Notes: a model not told the origin generated them from the letters alone. DNA of 63,456 bases, filler included, from Rhabdomonas costata (GCA_019059605.1; 30 parts of 30 records of this genome joined end to end with filler, not necessarily neighbours in it), one strand, 5' to 3'; counted from the first letter of the whole stretch, positions 26,225-39,316 are shown. A program made the numbers and translations.

Positions 26225-27313
26225 CTTTCTTGCTGCTGGCTCAGCTCTCGCTGCTGCAAAGCCTCCTGCTCGGCGGTCATGCTGCAAGTACCACACAATG
26301 CCGGTGCAAAAGCGGAAGCCTAATGTGGCCTGGGGTCACATTTGTGCATAGCAAGCCTCCCGGAGAGGCTCCGTATCGGGTCAGGTCGCCGGGTCAGATC
26401 GTATCGGGTACTTGGGGTCAGGTTTTCCTGGGTTGTGGCACCCTTGATGGCTCTCTTCCTTTGCGCCACTTTAATCACCGCGACTTAAACAATTTGATCA
26501 AATCGTGGACAACCCTGTGAGGGGTTTCCACAGGCTTCGTGCCCCAGACGAGGCCAAAATATTGTTTGTTACCCAAAGCGCAACTGCTTCGCATAGAAAT
26601 GGGACCAGAAAAAAGAAAAGAATGAAAATCTTGCGGGGGGACGGGGGTTTTCACCTCTGCTGCGCACTTTTGGCACGCTCCGCGGCGAGCTCCTGCTCCA
26701 GGGCCTCGCGGGCTTTCCTTTGCGTCGGGGCACACACCATTCAAACATTTGGGTTCGGAGAAAGACTAACCAAAGACCACCCTAAATTGAACCTATTCCC
26801 AGCGGCTACCATCCACCCAGTACAGAAACCAAGAACTGCCCACACCCCCCCCCCCCCACTTCACAAAAAAACGGAAGGAGAGGGGGGGGGGTGTTGTGGG
26901 CACAATTTGCGTCACTCAAACTGTGACACACCAGGAAACAGGAACATGACTGGAAATAAACCTGAATGACGCGATTTTGTATTGATAGGAATGGACAAGT
27001 CGGGGAATGTGTGATTTTTATACTTTCCAACAAGGCCAAATCTTGAGACACACCAAAGATAAAAAAATTCCGTTCTTCGCTTTTTCGTCCAAGTTGATTT
27101 GAGCTACCCTGCACACAGGCCCAAACGCACTTCTCGCGGTCCAGCTGCAACTGAAGCTCGGAGAGCAGCCTCCTCTTCTCCGTGGTGTCGGCCTCGCCCA
27201 CCTCCAGCTGCGCTGCCATGCGCTGCTCGAGGGCTCGCCTCTGCTGCCGCTCCTGCGCCAGGTCTCCCTCAAGCTTCAGCAGCCGCGGGGTCTTCACAGA
27301 CGCCCGCCTTGCC
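26225..27313 (-). CDS. Coiled-coil protein, exons 27313-27131, 26717-26655, 26281-26225
   Basis: Phase-2 GT-AG introns join LEGDLAQERQQRRALEQ...DREK|KAREALEQELAAERAK...|SMTAEQEALQQRE. Confidence 0.7.
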
Positions 27314-27899
27314 CTGCGCCACCACCACGAGTTGCATAAACCTCAAAGTTCCTTGCGGCCCCAACAAGCTCAGTTCTTTTTATTGCCACCCAGCTCAAAG
27401 GTCAATGTAATTTCTCTTCGGAAAGAGGAAAAGAGGTGAAAACCCCACNNNNNNNNNNNNNNNNNNNNNNNNNNNNNNNNNNNNNNNNNNNNTTAATTAA
27501 TTAANNNNNNNNNNNNNNNNNNNNNNNNNNNNNNNNNNNNNNNNNNNNGTTTTTGGGTACCAAAGAATATGGTAGTGATAAGACCCATCCATGTCTTAGA
27601 ATGTGACTCTGCGGTGTACCTGTGTGTCAACGTTTACGCCTACATCAGAACGAAAGTGAAAAAAGAAGTCCACACCACCTTCTAAGACATGGATGGGTCT
27701 TATCACTACCATATTCTTTGGTACCCAGAACTCGATACGGCCACTCCCCAGCAGCTCGTGGGCGTTTTGATGTGTCGACTGGTGCACCTTTGACCACCAC
27801 TTTGGTCCAAGTGTCAATTCAAGATGATCGCCGTCTTACTTTATCCCAGAGTCCTATGTTTTGATGGGTTTGCTGGTGCACTGCCAAGAAACGTGAAAA

Positions 27900-29300
27900 A
27901 AACATGAAATATATCAAATACTCTGGGGCTACTGTTCTCCTTGACGACATGTGAATAGGCTATCAGCGGAGACTCGTTCAGTCGGTCTGGAGTCGCTTCC
28001 TACTCTAACGGTGGCACTCAAAAAACATCCGAATCATGCAACTTTGAGCACGTTTCCACAGAGTCTCGAAGTGGATCCAGCAGTCTAAATGAAAAGGTCC
28101 CCAGGTCCTCAGCTCCTCAGGTCCGTCTTCGGCAGCACCCGCTGAGTCTAGGAGCCTTGAAAAACATAGAAAGACGGAGTCTCTGAAGATCAATTTGCAC
28201 TTCACCCGGATGCAGAGGCTCTTCTTCACACGATTTATCAAGCAACACACTATCTTCCTCGAGGCTGTGTGTTCACCACAGTAAATGGACGAAAACAGTA
28301 TTCCAAAGCCACTGGACCAGAAACAGGAACACAACATTCAGGTTCTTCTCTTCAAGAGCCACCTCGATCTTTGGTCGCAGAATCAATACACTCTGCAGTT
28401 GCATCCAGAATAAAAATCGGTAGTTCCAGAGGCACACTTCACCGTATGTTAGTTCTCTCCGATGGATCACGACTACTAAACCGTCGCGGCAATCAAAGAG
28501 AGGGCTCGAAGAGTAACTTCACGCGTCTCCCTCACCACATGATAAGTTGTCCAGCGCAAGGAAGAACTCTGCCTCCAAAGAATAATCACCGCAGATGTTG
28601 AATAATATGATATTTCGTGCGCTGAGATATTAGCAGTGCGCAACCAAGAACACGCGCCACATCCTGACACTGCCACCGCGAGTACCAGTCGGACCCTGAG
28701 GCCATGGAAGGTCCACATCTGTGGAGTCCACTTGGGAGTCGATTGGAAGTTCAGACGTTTTGCCACACACATATCTAGCTACAGGTGAAATTCGTAGAGA
28801 AGAGATGTGAGGCACAAGCTTAGAGTTTCCGCAACAGATATCGACTGACACAACATTTCTCACGCCTTCAGGCGTCATAATTCAATATCAGCTTCTGGAA
28901 CAGCGACCATCATCACCTCCTCGTATTTTTCCTCCAGTTCAGAACACCCAGTGCACTCCAGGAAGCTGGGTTAAGAGGGAAGCTGCAGCGATGCCACAAC
29001 CTTAGACATCAGAGGAACTGCGACATCTTGTCCATCAGTAGGCGCATAATGCCAACACCTCCACTGGCGATGTGAAAGCCGAAGCACTGTGCTGGGACGG
29101 AAAAAGATACGTAACAATGGCAAGGCAGCGGTAGAACCAGAGTGCGAGGTACAGGTGGTGACACCACAATGCAGCTCACCAAAGTGCATGCGCTAGTATC
29201 GCTGGTCAAACGCGCTTGGAGCGCGCGGTTTTTCTCTCACATTGTTAAGCTTTATTTGATCCTACCTTGCAGTCCCTCCGGAGCGCATCAGCTAGCTGTA
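27900..29300 (-). pseudogene. Possible decayed transposase-like coding relic
   Basis: Intronless coding-like composition broken by stops and frameshifts (VVSVDICCG, LDMCVAKRL); family not assignable. Confidence 0.2.
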
Positions 29301-30009
29301 GTGCCATACCGATCCCCCAGTAGATTCCCTCTTCAGCGTGCATCCATTGCAGTGGTTCCGTATTGCAACCAAGGCACCTCTAGACAGAGAAGTGGCTAAG
29401 AGAGCACTCTTGAGACACCCAAGCACAGGAAATACAGTGCCTCCACACACGGGAGCACAGCACGGCTCACCTTGAGTGAAAAACTACTAAATGAGTCTCT
29501 TCGCCAAGGTTCCGAGCGAGGCTCTTTATCACTGAGACAATAAGGAAAAAGGAATGTCCACACCACCNNNNNNNNNNNNNNNNNNNNNNNNNNNNNNNNN
29601 NNNNNNNNNNNTTAATTAATTAANNNNNNNNNNNNNNNNNNNNNNNNNNNNNNNNNNNNNNNNNNNNGTTTTTCATGTTTGGGAACCTTTATTGCTGGGA
29701 TTTGACAGACGAATGCAGTTTATTTTTGGTACCTGAGGCGAGTTTGCGACGCGGCCGGCGCGGTCAGCGGAGATAAGGACATTGCATATGACGGCCCTGG
29801 TCAATCTCTGGATAGAGGAGTGGGTTCACTGAGCACCCCCACCCCCTTTTCACACCTCACCGGCAGGCCGTTGCCTTTGTGGCGCAGCAGGGTGAAAATT
29901 CCCTTGCTCGGGAAAGATAAAAGCCTTTGATCCATCGGCAGTGCGGTGAGTTTTGTTGTACTGTGGTGTGTTTCTCATGCTGGCAGGTTATCTTGTCCTT
30001 TTTGCACAG

Positions 30010-30111
30010 ATGGCCTCCCACTGCGTTCGGGTGAAGGTCTTCGCCTACCCCGAGAACACCGTGTCGGTTTGGGTGATGCTTGCGGTGAGATTCAAGCCGG
30101 GTCCTTTGTGA
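30010..30111 (+). CDS. CEP76: Last exon of a CEP76-like centriolar protein
   Basis: CVRVKVFAYPENTVSVWVMLAVRFK...stop resembles the CEP76 C-terminus (VRVRVFTYPE..AVWIMFA); CAG acceptor. Confidence 0.7.
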   Translation: MASHCVRVKVFAYPENTVSVWVMLAVRFKPGPL

Positions 30112-30299
30112 ACTAGAAGAGAGAAAGTCTGTAAAAAAAACCTGTGTGCAGTTGGTTTCTTTGCACCGCTGCGCCTGTGCGGTTTTTGCGTACTTGCTGT
30201 TCCTGCTGTGGAATTGGTTGCTCACCACTGCCACCACCGACTCAAGGGCTTTCAGCATGCAGTTTCAGAAGCACCACTTCCGGCCCCGTAATAACGTTG

Positions 30300-31520
30300 T
30301 TTGAGATCCGCAAGCAGGTTGTCACAAGTATTCTACTCCCAAATTGCCAGGCCCAACAGGATTGACTTAATCCTGTGTTGGGCCTTGCAGTTTGGTGTGA
30401 GGAGGAATACAACGGTATATACATATTCCGAAGGGGCAGTATTGTCAAAATCTGTCTGCCCCTGTCAAGAAATCCTTGTTTCATGAGTTTTTGGACTGCG
30501 ACCTGCCGGTGGCAACGCCGGTGTAAGATTTGATCCAATTGTACGCGTCGCTCTCCAGAATGAGAGCCTGTCCTTGGGGGGCACATTTTTGGAGCTTGGC
30601 GAAGATTGACAAAAATCATGAAAAGGCGCAACCACGGCTCGGTTTCACTTGTGCAGGCAACCATGAGGAGCAGAGAAAGAAAGGAGACACTAGTCAATGT
30701 CAGATCATGGGTCAACTTGGGTGCATCGTGCACTACAGAATCACCTTCTGATCCACACGAGAGCAGGTGTTGGAAGACATTCACATTGCCCTCTGTAAAA
30801 TAAAGAATGCAGCGGGACATTGGATCCAAGACGTTTCATCAGGTGATCCATACTCTTTATGCTGTTAAGGCTGAGCCATTACGCAGCCGCATTTCAGGGC
30901 AGAAACTCAAATTTTATCCAGCAGTAGCCTCTTTTTTTTCAGCTGGAACTGGGCCCTTGTATTGACGAAGCCACTTTGGTGCTGGAAGACACTTCGGGGA
31001 CGTAAAGCGTTTCTCTGCGCGAAGAATGTCTGCGCTTTGCTAGGGATGTTTGTCCGCATTACTTCAACAGGAAGACCTGCGTATTAAAAGACAGTATTTT
31101 CAGACCCGGCCCGGCCCAATCTTGAACGCAATCACTCCTTTTGTTTTTGTGTCGAGACTTTGAATTGTTTCGCGGCGTTGTGTCTGCCAGCTCGAGACTT
31201 GAGAATCCAAAGGCCCCTGGTTTTTCCTCGTTTATACCAACTCCCAACTCTGTGACATGGTTCACCCGGCACCTCTTCACAGAAACTTGGATTAAAACAG
31301 AAACTCTGTCCAATTTTGGGTTTCCTTGTGGGGGGTGGGGGTACCACATTTCCACTTGAATTCCATACCCTTGTTAACGATTTTCACCCCGTCCATAAAC
31401 TCTGGAAAAGGATATGAGTATTGGACCTGTCCGTTATTTTTGTGCCATTGTCGGATGGTTGGAAGTAGGGCTCTGCCGTTTAGATATTGCTCAACTCCGA
31501 GCAGCTTTGTCTTCTGTGGC
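30300..31520 (-). mobile_element. Heavily decayed piggyBac-like transposase relic
   Basis: Colinear remnants in shifting frames: LLPTIRQW..YPFPEFM; KLDRVSVLI...VGINEE; LTSVSFL; GFLDR(A)DR, like GGVDRADQ. Confidence 0.4.
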
Positions 31521-31899
31521 TTTCTTTTGGAGCCATGCATTCTAATGGTTCGAAGTGGCGAGGAAGTCTTCGCTCTATTTTGGCAGGTGCAGGTGCAGGG
31601 GCCGGTTGGCAGACACACTCAAGGAACGTTTCCAAAACATCAGTTGCACCAAACGCGCTGCTCCCAAAAATATTAGAAAACCCCCNNNNNNNNNNNNNNN
31701 NNNNNNNNNNNNNNNNNNNNNNNNNNNNNTTAATTAATTAANNNNNNNNNNNNNNNNNNNNNNNNNNNNNNNNNNNNNNNNNNNNGGTTGGGTTTTCTCT
31801 TTGTTGTGATTGGTTACCAAGCCTTTTGAAAATACTCCATTCCACCGACCGGCCCTGGGCCATATGGCGCCCCAGTGTTGAACACTGTAATGGTTTACT

Positions 31900-32620
31900 G
31901 CCAACGTAGAAGTTTCGGATCACAGTGCCAGTTCCAATTTCGGGTGCTTAGCTGGTGGAACCACAGCTTGCGTGGAATTCAGGGGCGGGGGCTCCCCAAA
32001 GTGCATACTCCGTGGCAGCGCCAGATATCCAAAGAGTTTTTCGCTTCTGGCGGACTTTCGGGGACTACTGCCATGAGCATCAAAAGCTTGGAGCGCGCCG
32101 CCTCGGATGTGAGCTTGGCCAACTCTCGTCGAGCCTTCGACGTGTATGGGGTGACTTCTGCTAAAGGAGGATGGTTGTAGGGGATGCACCAGACCTGTCA
32201 ACAACCCCGGAGCGGAGTTGCACTGCTCTGAAAGGTGCACGACATTCCGAAAGCCACCATCAGGCAGTGAAGGATGGAAACGCGCCCGACTTAACTCAGT
32301 GCCCAACGCAACGGAGCAAATTGCCTTCCGTAGGTGCCACAGGAGGGGCAGGAGTGCGCGTGGTCTCCAAATCTGTCCTGTCTGGCGTTGCAGCCCCCGG
32401 AAGTGGCAAGAAAAACGCGCGAGATCCTGAAACTCCCCGGCGGTGAAGGTGGTGCTCCCGGCGATCCAGGGCAAGGTCGGTATCCCAGGAACCCCCCCAT
32501 ACCCCTGAGCATTCGTTCAAGCCGATTTGCCGCCTCAGCGTCCAAGGTCCTGGCCAAAGCTTCGTGTCCAAACCCTTTTGGAGGCCCAAGAGAGTTTAAT
32601 ATATCAGGGTGATCCGCCAT
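31900..32620 (-). mobile_element. CRE/SLACS-like (RLE-type) non-LTR retrotransposon 3' fragment, degenerate
   Basis: CCHC-knuckle remnant CNARQDRFGDHAHSCPSCGTYGR, then VHPLQPS and RKLWFHQLS across frameshifts. Confidence 0.7.
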
Positions 32621-35600
32621 CAAGAGACAGAGAGAGAGAGAGGGAGGGAGAGCTGGAGAGTTCCCTTGTTTCTTCCTGTGATTGTGGTATTTTGCAAAAG
32701 ATTCTACTTGCTTCCCCTCGGGTCATTCACTTCATCCTTGTCAGGGACATGGGCACGCCAATTACACACACTCAGCCGTCCCACGGCACACCCGAAGAAC
32801 GCCTGGTGCTGATCTCACCCCCTCCAAGTGTAGCATTCTATATATTTTAGGCTATTTTAGGCTCGTTTTTCGCCTGTTTTGGCCATTTTAGCCCCAGTTT
32901 GCTTCGTTTTGCCCCATTTCAGGGCGTTTTTCATCAAAAAATTCGACCCCCCCCCCTGCCCCCGTTGAAAGGGAAACTATGATGGTAGCGTGTCCCTCAG
33001 CCCTGCACTGTTTCGGGCCCAACATTAAACGGCGGGGGAAGGGCACAGAGATACAGAATTATTGTCCATTTTAAGCCCCTGTTATATCGAGTTTTGTCAA
33101 TTCTCTTAGAGACTGAATGAAGGATGATCAAATAATGGTTCTATTTGTACTGATCCATAATTAATTCTTTTGCGCTTGGGACTAGAAGAATTGTTGAACA
33201 AAGCTCGAATCCAAACAGAGGGTGAACAGGTGGGTATGACTCTTCACAACGAGAAAACTTCACACTATTGTATCTGCTACCCCTTTGGGAGTTCGAAATT
33301 CCAATGTAGCGGCAAAACCATGGAAGTCCCGAAAGGTTGGGAACCTTTTTTTGGGTGGGGTGGGGGGTACCGTCGTGGTAATACGGTATTGGGCGAATTG
33401 GACTTACAGGTGGGTTTGTACCACCTTTTCGGGCGTCCACATTAAAGTTTTTATCGTAACTTTAACAGCAAAAACAACTGGGGTCGGCACGGTTTCAAGG
33501 CATGGGTGACGCAACAGTGCAATCAAGCAAGGGCAGAGAAGAAATGTTTTCTCTGGTCAGAGACCGCTCTCTGATCCTCCGCTGTGGGTGATCTTTCCTC
33601 TACTTCTCTTGGTTCGTTACTGTCCCTAAAGCCTGAGCGCACCGAAGAGTCTTTCGGCTCGTCTTTCTCCCCTGCTAAAGCTGAAACTTCCTCCCCCAGT
33701 GTTGCCAAGACTGCCGCTCTCCCAACTGTGCTGCTTTTTACCGGCGGGCAGGTTATACGAAACGACTCTGCCGCTGGGAGTGCCTGTATCTCAAAGACTT
33801 TCCCNNNNNNNNNNNNNNNNNNNNNNNNNNNNNNNNNNNNNNNNNNNNTTAATTAATTAANNNNNNNNNNNNNNNNNNNNNNNNNNNNNNNNNNNNNNNN
33901 NNNNTTCAGAGGGTGGGTCCTGACGCACCTGCCGGGCGTGGTTGTATGCACCAGTGCGATGTGGGCTACGTAGATTGCCAGGTAGAAGAGCGCAAGAAGA
34001 TAAGGGGAAGTCAACGGGAGCGTCCGTGGGTCAGTGGCCTGGTTTGGTAGTGCCTGGGCGGAGGCATCTTTCGGCTCAGGGCTTCCACTCGCTGGCTAAG
34101 GTGGCGGACTTTTTCAGAGAGCTCCAGGGCCCACTTTGGGTGGGCTTCCTCGGTGCGCGTGGCTCGGTGGCTCCGAGGACACATGGTGGGCGGGAAGAGC
34201 AACGGTGTGTTTCGGAACACAAGGGATGAGAGATATGAATGTGTGACTATGGCGGAAAAGATGAGGAACGTGCGAAACTTCACTTTTGGCATTAAAAGGG
34301 GAAGGGGCGAAAGACCATCCATTGCCCACCGCCATGGTGCGACTTGTGGATGCGTTTCCGTAAAAAAAAAGCACAACCATATACTTGTGCGTTTCATCTT
34401 TCTGACTGATTTCGTTCGGTCCATTTGGTTGCCTTTCTGTTTTCTGGTATGACCGTTGTAGTTGTCAACTGGGCTCATATTTTGGCAATCAACACGCCGC
34501 AACTTGGAATTATTGGACATTATTTGATCTATAATCCACGGTAAAAAATGCATAACGCTCAAAATTGCGCCAGGACGATGAAGAACAGAAGGCTGGAGGC
34601 CAAAAAGAGAGAATCGCCTAACAAACGCGCTTCCGCGTGCCGAAACTGGATATCTTTTCATGGGAAGCCGTGCTTCAGAAAGCGTCCGCCCGATTTTTTT
34701 AATCACCTTGTCCGACCTCAAAACCCGAAAAGAACGGAAAAGGAAAGCAACACATCCTTCCCGAACGAACTCAGCCAGAAGCTTTGCGTGAACCGCCGTG
34801 CGCAAACGTAAAAGGGGATGCCCGCAAAAAAAACGTGTTCGAGAACAAAGCGTTTAGAATGAAGGAAAACATCGATCAAACACCCGCATCGGTCACATAG
34901 CGGTCGTCAAGGAAAGGTTACCGAAAGGAACGAAATTGTGCGGGAGACGCGGGGCTGTTTTTTCGTTGTCTTCCAGCTGTCCTGTCTCTGAGTTTTTTGG
35001 CCGGTTCGCTCGACGTCCGTGCTTTTCTTTTTGCGTGTCGCCTTTTCCGCGGGATCGCGGCTCAACCGGTGCCTTTCCTTGTCGTGTTTTACGGCCGGGC
35101 CCTTGTATATTTGCGCTCCCTGGTCCGATCGGCCGACGGAGTATGCATGCCCTCAACTATTTCGCAGGTGAAAGCCGAAAACGAGGCTAATATTGAAGCC
35201 CACGTTAACACAATCGTTAACACGTTAACACAACTGTCGCAATTGTGAATTCTTTGAAATCACGGCGGAGGGCAGAAAGCATTAATTTGCTCTTTCTTGC
35301 GTGTTGTCAAACCGAGGCGCACCCTGGGCTAATTCGCAAAAATTTGCATAATTCAGTTACGGGTGCGAAACAGTATATCACATATTTGGACTCGATGGGA
35401 CAAAACCACCTCACCACCCACGCATGTTCAAAGCACACCCAGTCTACTCCGTCAAAGGGAAACGCGGTTTTGGTTCTGATGTTGTGCAGCGGAGTTGGCT
35501 GCTCAGGACAGCTGTTCCAGAAGAGCATTCCTAGTAGAATTTTCGATGCGCTGACAGCTGGATAAAAACCGCTGGGACACAAACATCCAGTGTACATTGC

Positions 35601-36023
35601 GCGGAGCACAGTGACAGAGTGATAAAGTGATGCAATAGCATTAGAAAGACACGGTTACAAAGCAAAATGCGGGGTGACTGACTATGCACGTAAATCCTGC
35701 GGAGGAGAAGGCGACGGTGCAAACTGCCCTTTCCCTTTTTGTTCCTCAGATGGGTCAGCCCGAGGGGAGCTACCCTTGGGGGGTAGCAATGGATAATTAA
35801 TCAGCGCCGGCACCACCGGAATGCTGTCCAGATGGCACCCTGAGATACCCATAGAACCCAAAAACGGGAACCAGCACACTAAAAAATAAGTAAAAAAAAT
35901 AATCGTTCGCCGCACAAACAAACNNNNNNNNNNNNNNNNNNNNNNNNNNNNNNNNNNNNNNNNNNNNTTAATTAATTAANNNNNNNNNNNNNNNNNNNNN
36001 NNNNNNNNNNNNNNNNNNNNNNN

Positions 36024-38043
36024 TATTCAAACAAAAGATGATAAATTATGTTTTTGGCGATGTTTAGCTAAATTTTATAATCCAAATATTGAAAATAAAA
36101 AACTTATTAAAATATCAAAAGAACTATTTTACAAATATTACAATCAAAATGAAAAAGAAATTAATCACAAACATTACCCAGGTATTGACATGCATGAAAT
36201 AGAAAATATTGAATTATTCTTTAATATTTCAATCAATATTTATAATCTTGTAATCGAGGAAAAAAGTATAACAGCTATAAGAAATAGAATTATTAATAAA
36301 AAAGAAGATAATAAGATAATTTTAGGATTGTATGAAGATCATTTTGTTCTTATCAAGGATATAAATAAACTGTGCCAAGTATTTAGATGCGAAAATTGCT
36401 TGAAAATATTTAGTAGAGCTGATACATTAGTTAATCATCAAAAAGGTGAATGCGGAGAACTCTATAAAGACGTTTTCCCAGCAGAAATAGAAGAATTTAC
36501 GCACGACAATAATATAATGAAGAAAATACTTGATTTTTCAAAATGTAAAACAAAATCTTTTAGGTATCCTTATTTTGCTGTTTTGATTTTGAGTCTATAG
36601 CTTTAGAAGTTAATAAAAAGAAAGGCGAAAACACAACTTTACTGAACAAGCAAGTCCCTATCTCATTTTCGTTTGGTACAAATATGAATAATGAAATAAT
36701 ACATGTTGTTAATGAAGATACAAATGTTCTTATAAAATCATTAGTAGATTGTATGTATGATGCGCAACAGAAATCTTATAGAAAATAATAGCTAAATACT
36801 ACCCATATATTAAACAATATTTGTTAAATAATCTTAAAATGAAAATGATAAAGAAAGAAAAAATGATAAAAGAAGATGATTGTTTCATTTTGTATAAAGA
36901 CGATGATAAGATAATATTTACATTCGATGACAAAAACCAAAAATTCAAAAAGCAACGTGAAATCAATAAAATTAAAAAATGGTTTCAATGATATCAATAT
37001 CACAAAACATTATGATTTCTTAAAAATGTTTCAACCTACATCTGCAATAAAACAAGGATCAAGATATAAATCTTTGTCAAATGATAAAATATGTCTTTTA
37101 GACCAAATGATGTATGTACCAGCTGGGACTAGTTTAGATAAATATTTAAAATCACGTGAAACAGATATGATAAAAGGTCATTTTCCTTATGGATATTTAA
37201 CAAGTTTTAATAGACTATATGACAAACAACTACCAGATTATAAATATTTTGAAAAAACAAAAACAAGAATAGAGGAATATAATAAACTAAAGGATGTTTG
37301 GAAAGAAGAAAATATGAAAATTATTTTTGATTATCTTAAATATTATAATAATTTAGATGTTAAGCCATTAATACAAGCAATAAATAAACACAAAGAATTT
37401 TATTATAAATTAGGTTTTGATATGCATAAAGACGCAATTTCATTATCTGGATTGGCGGAAAAAATTATGTTTAAGAACTCAAATCAACAAAAATACGAAA
37501 ACGTTGAGTATGAAATAGAAAAAGTTATTGATGAAGAACAAAATATTGAAAAAGAAATAAAAGTTTATGATAATAAGGTGTATTTAATTAATGAACAAAA
37601 TAAAGACTGTTTCTATTTATTGCGAAAAAATAATGTAGGAGGGCCATCAATTGTCTTTCATCGATATCATGAAAAAGATGTAACAAGATCTAGGATAGTA
37701 CTAAGAAAAAATGGAAAATATACGTTGAGTGATGAAGGTAAATTAATAAAGAAAATTGTAGGTTTTGAGGCCAACGCATTATATCTATGGAGCTTATCAC
37801 AAGATATGCCTACTGGAATGTTGAAATATGAAAAATTTGATGAAGAAAAAGATATTCATCATCTGATGAAAACAACATGTACTATTAAATTCAAAGATGA
37901 TCTATACTGCACTCAATATTCAAACAAAAGATGATAAATTATGTTTTTGGCGATGTTTAGCTAAATTTTATAATCCAAATATTGAAAATAAAAAACTTAT
38001 TAAAATATCAAAAGAACTATTTTACAAATATTACAATCAAAAT
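36024..38043 (+). mobile_element. Polinton/Maverick (adintovirus-like) protein-primed PolB pseudogene fragment on an AT-rich self-closing contig (1893-bp unit)
   Basis: DDKLCFWRCLA; Zn finger CENC...H...C; ExoI YFAV(F)DFES; KGHFPYG; ExoIII YNNLDV; GGPSIVFHR; motif A GFEANALYLW...MPTG; exact 127-bp terminal direct repeat. Confidence 0.88.
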
Positions 38044-38143
38044 NNNNNNNNNNNNNNNNNNNNNNNNNNNNNNNNNNNNNNNNNNNNTTAATTAATTAAN
38101 NNNNNNNNNNNNNNNNNNNNNNNNNNNNNNNNNNNNNNNNNNN

Positions 38144-38345
38144 GGGAAAGAGGAATGTCCGAACTCGCCCTCTTCCGCCGCAGTGCGGTGGTGTTGCAGG
38201 CGGGAGTGGCGGTAGGACCGATGGAAGATGGCCTGAGGGTTGCTGTGGTGAGGGACTGTGCGAGGCTGTTTGGGGTGGCATACCCACACCTGTACCGCAG
38301 CTTCTGCTCTGGCACAGCGGCGGAGTGCCTTGACTTACACACCAA
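38144..38345 (+). CDS. Exon of a helical protein, possibly a COG6-like C-terminal region
   Basis: LRVAVVRDCARLFGVAYPHLYRSF loosely resembles the COG6 terminal helix; weak. Confidence 0.3.
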
Positions 38346-38650
38346 CGTATTCTCTCACCACTCCTCTCCCCATCGCAGCTCCCCAGCTTGTCATACTGAT
38401 CTGCATGTTATGTATACAGCTAGGACTCCCGTTCTGGTGACAAAGTCGACTCCGACTCCTGCACGTGTGCCATGAGCTCACGTTGGAATATGCAGCTGTC
38501 TTTTAATGCGCACGGTGCGCGTACCCACTCTGACATAACGCGAATTGCTCGCCTACTGAGTGACAAGAATCGACCAGCGCTCAGGTCGACTTTTGGGTCA
38601 AGTGCAAAAAAAATGTGTCTAGTTTTTATGTTGTGAGCCTCGCTTTGCTT

Positions 38651-39316
38651 ATGGAGGGTGGCGTCCCCCCCCCCTCTTCTACTTCTTCGTTACCGCAGTA
38701 TCTGAACCCGCTACGAGAAGCACTGTTGAACCTCGAAGAGAGCTCTGACTTACTGGCAGCTCAGATTTCGGAGTTTCTGGTGTGTGAAGAAGGGGTGATG
38801 CACACCGACAATTTTTTTGGTTTCATAGAAGTACAACGGTGAGCCTCAAAGGTGCCTAAAATGCACGCGCACGCACTGACGCACACACGCACCAGAGTTC
38901 AGGCAAGAGGCTTTCATCGCTCTACATTCCCGTGCGACCTGGTACACGTGCAACTTGTAATTTTGGCGTTTTCCCGTCAGGTAACCCTGGCTGTGGTGTT
39001 CACTGTGGCTCAAAGTGAGGGCCAGTCTGAAGCTGCTCTGCTGCTTCCTCGCAACCCTCGGCGGCCTTTGCTGGAGCTCAGCAGCCCAACCACCACCACT
39101 CCCACCACCACTGCCGCAAGCGCCGGAGGCAATGCGGGGACAGGTGGACTTCTGGTGCGCGCCATTCCAGAAGAGCTGCACCCCGACCAGCTGCGGCAGT
39201 GTGCCGAGGACGCGGTGCGGCGTTTGCTACAAAAGGCCTCTGCCAGCGAAGGCTCTGACACCAGGAATGTGGCTTTAGAAAAGGCTCCCACGCCGTGTCG
39301 CCTTCTCGACATTTAG
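38651..39316 (+). CDS. Hypothetical protein, probable two exons (38651-38779, 38981-39316)
   Basis: ATG exon ending at a GTGTG donor; CAG acceptor then a long open frame. Confidence 0.4.

Noticed and set aside
36782-36791. AAA-TAA as a Euplotes-type programmed +1 frameshift or alternative genetic code
   Set aside because: The +1 frame stops immediately, stop read-through gives no sensible peptide, and other lesions indicate pseudogenisation.
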